A DNA stretch of 64,000 bases from a virus. The stretch covers positions 17,696 through 81,695 of IMG/VR virus record IMGVR_UViG_3300046542_000086, one strand, 5' to 3'. Under the pieces are notes generated by a model. That model worked only from the letters and a program-made list of their open reading frames with translations, was not told the origin of the DNA and did no database searches. A program made the position numbers and the translations under genes. The first letter of the stretch is position 1, and each line of letters opens with the position of its first letter. Positions 58,009 to 64,000 of the stretch are shown here, piece after piece.

Positions 58009-59634
58009 ATGGGCACAATCATTCTTAAGTACCCAGAAGACCCTACTGGGGTAAACCCGAACAACCTGGTCATCAACGAACCTCACGACTTGGGTCCTGC
58101 TCGTAACCGAGCATTCGTTCCCAACTACGGCTCTTACTTCACAGAGTCGATGATTGTTACTGAGGCGGTGACCGGTCGGGTGCTCACCAAGGGTGTTCAC
58201 TACATCGCTGCACAACTGCAACAAGACGCCACGCTGGCGATGGACAAAGAGATTTGTGCCGTCGTCGTGGTGATCGATGAAAACGTGCGGGACTCGTTGC
58301 TGTTCACTTACCAAGTTGTTGGTGGTGTGTTCAGTACTTCGGCTGCTGCACTGGCGACGTTGATTGAAGCGTTGGACATTGACGAACGTGAAGTAGAGTG
58401 GGGTGGCTTGATCGGCATCCCTACCGCGTTCCCACCAGCGCCTCACCTCCACGACATCGGCGACGTCTACGGTTTCGAGTATCTGGTTGAAGCCCTCGAT
58501 GCTCTGCGTAACGCTATCTTGATTGGTGATGAATCAGCGCACGATGAACTGCGTCAGTACATCAACTACCAAGACGGTTTGGCGATTGCATCGATTGCTG
58601 ACCTGCGTGCTGACTTTGAAGGACACGAGAACAGCCGTAATAACCCACACGCTGTGAACAAGACACAAGTTGGCTTGGGTAGTGTGCAGGACTACGGCAT
58701 CGCGACCACTCAGGAAGCACAAGCGGGCATCGTCAACAACAAGTACATGACTCCGTTGCGTACTTACGAGGCGATCATCCAGTTGACCACTGGTCCGTTG
58801 AACGCTCACTTGACGAACATGTCGAACCCACACCAAACCACTAAGGCTCAGGTAGGGTTGGGGGTAGTCGAGAACTATCAACCATCGACACAAGCTGAAG
58901 CGGAAGCAGGGACACGACCAGATCGGTACATGACCCCGCTGACGACTAAGCAGGCGATCACGCTGCAAGCGATCACTCCGCTCAACAACCACATCAACAA
59001 CGTGAACAACCCACACGCCACTACTAAAGCCCAAGTTGGTTTGGGTAGCGTATTGGATTACGGGATTGCGTTGCAGAACGAAGCAGAAGCCGGTACCTCG
59101 AACCTGAAGTACATGACTCCTCTGCGAACTGCGAACGCGATTGCGGTGTTGGCTGTAGCTCCGTTGAACACACACATCGCTAACGTCAACAACCCGCATG
59201 CTACTACCAAGGCGCAAGTGGGTCTGGGGAACGTACAAGACTTACCATTGGCTACTTCGGCTGAAGCTATCGCAGGTGCGTCGAATGCCCGCTATATGAC
59301 TCCTGTCACTACGGCGAACGCAATCAACTCACAGATCATTGTAGCTTTCAACGCCCACACCGGTAACCTGTCGAACCCCCACGCTACGACTAAAGCGCAG
59401 GTTGGCTTGAGTGCCATTCCTAACGCTATCACTCGTTCTCGTGCGTTGAACAGCGATGCTTCGTTGTTGACTGCTGGTGGTATGTACGACCACACCATCT
59501 CTCTCGACCACGATGCTCGCTACGCTCCAAAGAACATGGCGGGTGTTGACTGTTCGGTACATTGGAACGGGGCTGGTGTGTTTGTTTGGGGCGGTGGTGC
59601 TTGGCGTCAAGTCTGGCCTGCTCAGTGGTCCTAA
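58009..59634 (+). CDS. second tail fibre protein with NPH/YMTP repeats
   Basis: Paralogous N-terminus (YPEDPTG); 4 full and 1 partial repeats; short Trp-rich C-terminus. Confidence 0.8.
   Translation: MGTIILKYPEDPTGVNPNNLVINEPHDLGPARNRAFVPNYGSYFTESMIVTEAVTGRVLTKGVHYIAAQLQQDATLAMDKEICAVVVVIDENVRDSLLFTYQVVGGVFSTSAAALATLIEALDIDEREVEWGGLIGIPTAFPPAPHLHDIGDVYGFEYLVEALDALRNAILIGDESAHDELRQYINYQDGLAIASIADLRADFEGHENSRNNPHAVNKTQVGLGSVQDYGIATTQEAQAGIVNNKYMTPLRTYEAIIQLTTGPLNAHLTNMSNPHQTTKAQVGLGVVENYQPSTQAEAEAGTRPDRYMTPLTTKQAITLQAITPLNNHINNVNNPHATTKAQVGLGSVLDYGIALQNEAEAGTSNLKYMTPLRTANAIAVLAVAPLNTHIANVNNPHATTKAQVGLGNVQDLPLATSAEAIAGASNARYMTPVTTANAINSQIIVAFNAHTGNLSNPHATTKAQVGLSAIPNAITRSRALNSDASLLTAGGMYDHTISLDHDARYAPKNMAGVDCSVHWNGAGVFVWGGGAWRQVWPAQWS
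58624..59424 (+). repeat. tandem ~183-bp coding repeats, same family as 56058-57023
   Basis: Read directly from the translation. Confidence 0.9.
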
Positions 59635-59656
59635 GTAGAAAAATATACCCGAGGGC

Positions 59657-59669
59657 AATGGTATAGTTA
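59657..59669 (+). promoter_or_regulatory. candidate late promoter motif AATGGTATAGTTA upstream of the cupin/radical SAM operon
   Basis: Same 13-mer as 8501-8513 (minus strand). Confidence 0.5.
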
Positions 59670-59692
59670 ATTACCAGCCCTTGGGGGTCGAG

Positions 59693-60202
59693 ATGTTGAA
59701 ACTAATAAACGACTTCACTTTTGATGGCATCACCGAAGCCAGTCTCAAACTGGACGACGTGTTAGCCAGCCCTTTCTTCTACGAGCAAGGGTTAGTGAAG
59801 TACGTGCTACTCGGCCAGTCTCACGATGCCTACAACCCGTGGGACTATATACAGAACTCTGCGAGCGTCTTTAAGATTGAAGGCTTTGAAAGATTCAGCT
59901 TAAAGATGTTCGACGAGTGCCGTTATTTGGCAGAACATTACAAACACCATGGTGCGATAACTTGCCATGTGTTTAAGTCCCCTAAGGGGGCAAAGAGTTT
60001 CCCTGAACACACTGATCCTGACGACGTGGTCCTGTACATGGTCAGTGGACAGAAAGAGTTCGTACATGACGGTGGCGTCTTGACCCTACATGAGGGAGAG
60101 ATCCTTTTGATCCCCGCTGGCACCAGACACCGTGCCGTCAACACTGAAGCTTCGGTTATGCTGAGCTTTGGGTTGGAGCGCTTCTTAGTTGAGAAACTGT
60201 AA
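59693..60202 (+). CDS. JmjC/cupin-family Fe(II)/2-oxoglutarate oxygenase
   Basis: SFPEHTDPDDV (HxD), SGQKEF, GEILLIPAGTRHRA (distal His), LSFG. Confidence 0.82.
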   Translation: MLKLINDFTFDGITEASLKLDDVLASPFFYEQGLVKYVLLGQSHDAYNPWDYIQNSASVFKIEGFERFSLKMFDECRYLAEHYKHHGAITCHVFKSPKGAKSFPEHTDPDDVVLYMVSGQKEFVHDGGVLTLHEGEILLIPAGTRHRAVNTEASVMLSFGLERFLVEKL

Positions 60203-61236
60203 TGGGTAAGACGATCTACGTTAAGACTACCGGTGCGTGTAACCTTGCTTGCAAACACTGCTTCACCAACGGCAAAGACGGCGATAAAACTCAGTTCGAT
60301 CCCGTGCAAGTAGGGGATTGGATTGAGGACTATATGTCCCGTCATCCAGCAGGCACAGACTACCACCTAGAGTTCCATGGTGGCGAACCGTTTCTTGTGC
60401 CGTTAGAAAAGCTAGAGGTTTTGGCCTCTCGGTTCCACGAGCGTGAAGGCGTAGGGATGTGTGCGAACTCTAACCTGACCTTCAAGATTACCCCAGAGCA
60501 CGTGGCGTTCATCCAGAAGTACTTCTACGGCCACATTGGTACGAGTTGGGATCACTGGATCAGGTGGAGCAACCAGAAACAGTTTGACCTCTGGTGTAGC
60601 AACCTTGCGTTACTCCGTGGGGAAGGGATCTCGATCTACCTCAAGGTGTCGGTGAGTCGTGAACTACTGAAGATGGCTCCGGATTGGTTCTTGGACCAGA
60701 TCGAGTTCTTCGGAGTGAAGGAAGTTTCACTGGAGCGCTTAACGTTGGATGGTAGTGCCAATGAAAACTTGGACATCTTCCCTGACAACGAAGCCCAAGA
60801 CAACTGGTACCTTGCCCTCTACCAACGTTATAAAGAACGTAAAGGTACGGTAAAGATCCGCACCCTCGACATCATCGAGCAGAAGCTCAAGTACGGCATC
60901 GTTAAGGTAGACACCAACTGTCGCAACTGTGAGCAGAACCTCGTCACCATCAACTCTAACGGTGCTCTCGGGGGTTGTCCTAACGTTGCCACTACTCGAC
61001 AGCACTCCCGGTTGGAACAAGGTGCTGAGGCCTTCATTAAGTCTGATGGTCGGGTTGAAGAAATCGCCCAAGAGTTGACGTGGAACGAGAACTGCATTAC
61101 CTGCGACGTGTCTGACTTGTGTGGGGGCGACTGTCACCGTCTACCGTGGCAAGGGAATCGTTGTGGGGGACTGAAGAATACTTTGAGACACTTATCCGGT
61201 CGTTCACAACAGACCAACTTAATTTTGAAGGTGTGA
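60202..61236 (+). CDS. radical SAM enzyme with SPASM-type auxiliary Fe-S domain
   Basis: CNLACKHC, FHGGEP; C-terminal CRNC...GCPN...CITC-x5-C-x3-C...C. Confidence 0.92.
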   Translation: MGKTIYVKTTGACNLACKHCFTNGKDGDKTQFDPVQVGDWIEDYMSRHPAGTDYHLEFHGGEPFLVPLEKLEVLASRFHEREGVGMCANSNLTFKITPEHVAFIQKYFYGHIGTSWDHWIRWSNQKQFDLWCSNLALLRGEGISIYLKVSVSRELLKMAPDWFLDQIEFFGVKEVSLERLTLDGSANENLDIFPDNEAQDNWYLALYQRYKERKGTVKIRTLDIIEQKLKYGIVKVDTNCRNCEQNLVTINSNGALGGCPNVATTRQHSRLEQGAEAFIKSDGRVEEIAQELTWNENCITCDVSDLCGGDCHRLPWQGNRCGGLKNTLRHLSGRSQQTNLILKV

Positions 61237-61237
61237 C

Positions 61238-61789
61238 ATGGCAAACGTAACTAAAGCTAGTGTACTCGAGCGGGCTAACGCTTGGCTCGCGGGTAACGGT
61301 AACGCAGGTATCTCGTGGGGTACGAACAACTACCCTGCCGGTGCTCTCGCTGGTTGGTTCGGTGGTACTACTGGCGGTGTGGCTGCGATGGCTGCCAACT
61401 CGTTCAGTGACGGTAATGCCAATGCTGCCTCGTTGGCTGCTGCCCTGCGAGCCTTCACCAACACCTTTGCCGCAATCCGCTTGACCCGCATTGTGATCTA
61501 CTATGCCAACAACACGGGTGAAGACTACGTCAACGCATTCAACACTGTGCAGTATGACGGTACAGCGATTGCTCACACGGCGTACTCGGTGGGTAACATC
61601 GGTGCTGGGGTCTCTCTCCCGGGCATGGTTGCTAACCAGAACCTGAACTACGCCAACCTCGAGGCGTCCTGTTCGAACCTGTGGTCCAGTTACTACAACA
61701 ACTGCCGTACTAACGCTCTGACATTGGTTAACACCGTATGTCACAGCAGCTGCCACGACAACTGCCACTGTGCACGCGGTCGTCGTTAA
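61238..61789 (+). CDS. Asn/Ala/Gly-rich protein with C-terminal Cys-His repeat; putative substrate or virion adhesin
   Basis: Ends VCHSSCHDNCHCARGRR; structural-gene-like codon bias; lies 1 nt after the rSAM stop. Confidence 0.7.
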   Translation: MANVTKASVLERANAWLAGNGNAGISWGTNNYPAGALAGWFGGTTGGVAAMAANSFSDGNANAASLAAALRAFTNTFAAIRLTRIVIYYANNTGEDYVNAFNTVQYDGTAIAHTAYSVGNIGAGVSLPGMVANQNLNYANLEASCSNLWSSYYNNCRTNALTLVNTVCHSSCHDNCHCARGRR

Positions 61790-61800
61790 AGGAGTTTCCC

Positions 61801-62532
61801 GTGGAAAAGATTCACTGTACTGCCCCGATTGGTTTGGCTGAACTGAAACGTAAGTTCACTGAAGACGTCGAGTTTGTGATCGACTACGACAACTCGCGCT
61901 TCAAAGGTAAGACGCTGATCACTTACCTCAGTAACTTGGACATCCAAGTCCGTCTGGACCTGAAAGACCCAGAAGCGATTCAGGTACTCCTCGCTGACTA
62001 CTTGAACATGTCGGCTATGGTCAAGATCGCTGACCTCGAAGAACTGGCGATGAACGTATTGCTAGCCTTCTGTCAAAAGCCTTACGTGTTGCCGTTTGAT
62101 TCGGCACCGTTCATTCAGGCTAACCGCGACATCCTGGACGTCTGGACTCGTCGACTGCAATCTCTGCCGTTGTACGCAATCCACACGATGGGGGAAAAGT
62201 ATCACGACTACGTTTTCAGTTTCCCTGAAGACCGTGATGACTCGGTAGTGGGTCTGAACTTCGTGAACCTGATCAAGCTCCCGATGTTTGCTGTGCTGAT
62301 CGCTGGTGTAGAAGAAACCGCCTACACTTGGAATAAAACCTTCTTTACCGACTACGTGTTTGGCGGTAACAACCTGTTCAACTACTTCGCCGTGAAAGAG
62401 AACCCGCTGTTCATTGGTGTACTGGCGTTGCAAGACCAGGCCTCCTTTGACTCAGTGGTACCTCAGTTGATCGCAGCTGAAGCTGACGCAGAACGTCAGT
62501 TCAAGGAGCTTACACATGTACCATCTGTTTAA
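61801..62532 (+). CDS. hypothetical protein of the radical SAM operon
   Basis: AAGGAG RBS before GTG 61801 (MEKIHCTAPI). Confidence 0.75.
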   Translation: MEKIHCTAPIGLAELKRKFTEDVEFVIDYDNSRFKGKTLITYLSNLDIQVRLDLKDPEAIQVLLADYLNMSAMVKIADLEELAMNVLLAFCQKPYVLPFDSAPFIQANRDILDVWTRRLQSLPLYAIHTMGEKYHDYVFSFPEDRDDSVVGLNFVNLIKLPMFAVLIAGVEETAYTWNKTFFTDYVFGGNNLFNYFAVKENPLFIGVLALQDQASFDSVVPQLIAAEADAERQFKELTHVPSV

Positions 62533-63571
62533 CTCGGTGTACGTCGACACTGAACGCCGGGTTAACCGGGCGGTCAGCAACATCACTATCTCGAAACACA
62601 TCGGCTTTGAGTATCACCCAGGGCCGAATGAACAAGCGGGTGAGCAGATTGGCTTTGCTCAGTCGTTGGATGACGTAGAACCTCGCGTCCTGTTGGCTTG
62701 GCTGACACTGGCGATGCAGCAGGAAGAAAAAGTATTCATCTACTGCGATGGCGAAACGTATGTACGACTGTATTCCTTGCTCGTGCGTACCGTCTTCCCG
62801 AACCTTGACCTGCTGACCTACAAGTGGATCATGCTCTGCAAGAAGGCTACGTTGCACACCTCACTCACCAACTGGAAACAGGCTGGCTGTGAAGTACTGG
62901 CTGGCGTAGAGCTGAACACTGCAACCATCACTGCGTCGTTCGAGAACCCAGATCCACTGACGTCGATGTTCAAAGAACTGCTGTCTACTGACCGTGACGT
63001 TCTGTCGTTGGAATGGCAACTGGTTCGTCTGATGGCTGAAGGTACGGTAGGTTGCATCCCTGCTCGTCTGAAGAACATCCTGCGTCGTATCGCTTTGGCG
63101 AACACTCACGATGCGCTGGACGTTTGGGGTCGTGTGATTACCGATCCTCAGCACTGGGAATTCGCTGGTGCTGACCTCGACACGCTGTTGGATGCTCCTT
63201 CGGTGTTTGAAGGTTGTATGTTGTTCCAGTACACCAACAACCGGATGTTCCTCAAACCCGGTACGTTGGAGAAGACTCCGAAAGACAACTGGTTGATCGG
63301 TCTGCTGCGTGAACTTGATCCACTGCTCGAACGTGTCGGCGAACCTGCGACGGCCAAACGGACTCGTCTGATTCTTGAGATGTTGGAATCGGAAGACGAT
63401 CTGAATGACCCAGCTGTGCTGCTGGAACGCGTCAAGCAGATGTTCCTCGGACCAGATCGTTTGGCTCTGCCTAACCGGGACTCGAGCAAGTACGACGAGA
63501 ACCTGATCCGCTACCTGTTGGGTCGTTCGGACATTGACCTAGCTTATTACCTAGAAGGGGCTACATGGTGA
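62516..63571 (+). CDS. hypothetical protein of the radical SAM operon
   Basis: AAGGAG RBS; overlaps both neighbours. Confidence 0.75.
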   Translation: MYHLFNSVYVDTERRVNRAVSNITISKHIGFEYHPGPNEQAGEQIGFAQSLDDVEPRVLLAWLTLAMQQEEKVFIYCDGETYVRLYSLLVRTVFPNLDLLTYKWIMLCKKATLHTSLTNWKQAGCEVLAGVELNTATITASFENPDPLTSMFKELLSTDRDVLSLEWQLVRLMAEGTVGCIPARLKNILRRIALANTHDALDVWGRVITDPQHWEFAGADLDTLLDAPSVFEGCMLFQYTNNRMFLKPGTLEKTPKDNWLIGLLRELDPLLERVGEPATAKRTRLILEMLESEDDLNDPAVLLERVKQMFLGPDRLALPNRDSSKYDENLIRYLLGRSDIDLAYYLEGATW

Positions 63572-64000
63572 ATCTGATACCGTTGGTTGACATACTCCAA
63601 GAGAAGAAAGGCGATACCAAAGAAGCACACCTGATTCTCTTTGAGAAGTGTAACCTTCGGTGTTCGTTCTGCCATCAGGATCATGACTCTGAAGTTGGCT
63701 TGGATGCTGGGGACATAATGCGCAAGGGCTTGAAGCTGATTGCTGAGAGTGACCTTGAAGCTCCCATCGTGATCAACATCACTGGTGGGGAGTTGTTCTC
63801 AGATAACATCGAGGACTGGGTGTTCGGCTACTACTTGTCGTTAGGACAGTTGTTGCTGAAGAACTTCAAGCGGGCTAAGTTGGTCTGGGGTACAAACCTG
63901 ATCTACAGTGATCTCTGGCGAGTAATGCGGTTGATCAGCATGTTGCGGGCTGGGGCTACCAAAGACCAGACCGTGTGCTTGGCAACGTCGTACGATCCAG
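63565..64000 (+). CDS. second radical SAM enzyme, N-terminal part (runs off the window; not in the ORF track)
   Basis: Manual translation: MVNLIPLVDILQEKKGDTKEAHLILFEKCNLRCSFCHQDH...INITGGELF...WGTNL...ATSYDP. Confidence 0.88.
   Translation, partial: MVNLIPLVDILQEKKGDTKEAHLILFEKCNLRCSFCHQDHDSEVGLDAGDIMRKGLKLIAESDLEAPIVINITGGELFSDNIEDWVFGYYLSLGQLLLKNFKRAKLVWGTNLIYSDLWRVMRLISMLRAGATKDQTVCLATSYDP

Noticed and set aside
56058-59424. Regularly spaced repeats considered as a CRISPR array or DGR template/variable repeats
   Set aside because: The repeats are in-frame protein repeats with synonymous divergence. There is no invariant DNA repeat with spacers, no adenine-specific variation, and no reverse transcriptase or cas gene in the window.
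59693-64000. Radical SAM genes as a queuosine/7-deazaguanine DNA-modification or anaerobic RNR-activase locus
   Set aside because: No folE, queC, queD, dpdA or nrdD neighbours are visible in the window, and the SPASM domain plus the adjacent Cys/His-tailed protein fit protein modification better. This is not fully excluded because the operon runs off the window.

Overview
This window is a 64 kb segment of a phiKZ-related jumbo myophage genome (Chimalliviridae-like, roughly 50% GC by eye). It carries mostly core genes: the 3' end of a probable non-virion RNA polymerase subunit (phiKZ gp68-like), large terminase, baseplate/virion proteins, tail sheath and tube, prohead protease, three split subunits of the virion RNA polymerase (gp178-, gp180- and gp149-like), a 2240-aa tape-measure/lytic transglycosylase, UvsX, RNase H, SbcC, a central spike plus PAAR protein, and two repeat-rich tail fibres. 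A few small early genes follow TATATTAC-type promoters. The most striking accessory locus lies directly after the fibre genes (59.7-64 kb). It is a tightly coupled operon: JmjC/cupin oxygenase, radical SAM-SPASM enzyme, a 183-aa protein ending in CHSSCHDNCHCARGRR, two unknown genes and a second radical SAM enzyme that is absent from the ORF track. It looks like a RiPP-style post-translational modification system, possibly acting on a virion or adhesin protein. Other observations: an identical PPSARW C-terminus on the prohead protease and on a neighbouring ART-like protein, a GCATA-hairpin-TATGC terminator module repeated about 13 times, a 46-bp duplicated convergent-gene junction, and a candidate ~100-nt structured RNA. 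No tRNA, rRNA, CRISPR array, intron or transposase was recognised. All homology calls come from motif recognition and remembered synteny, not from database searches.
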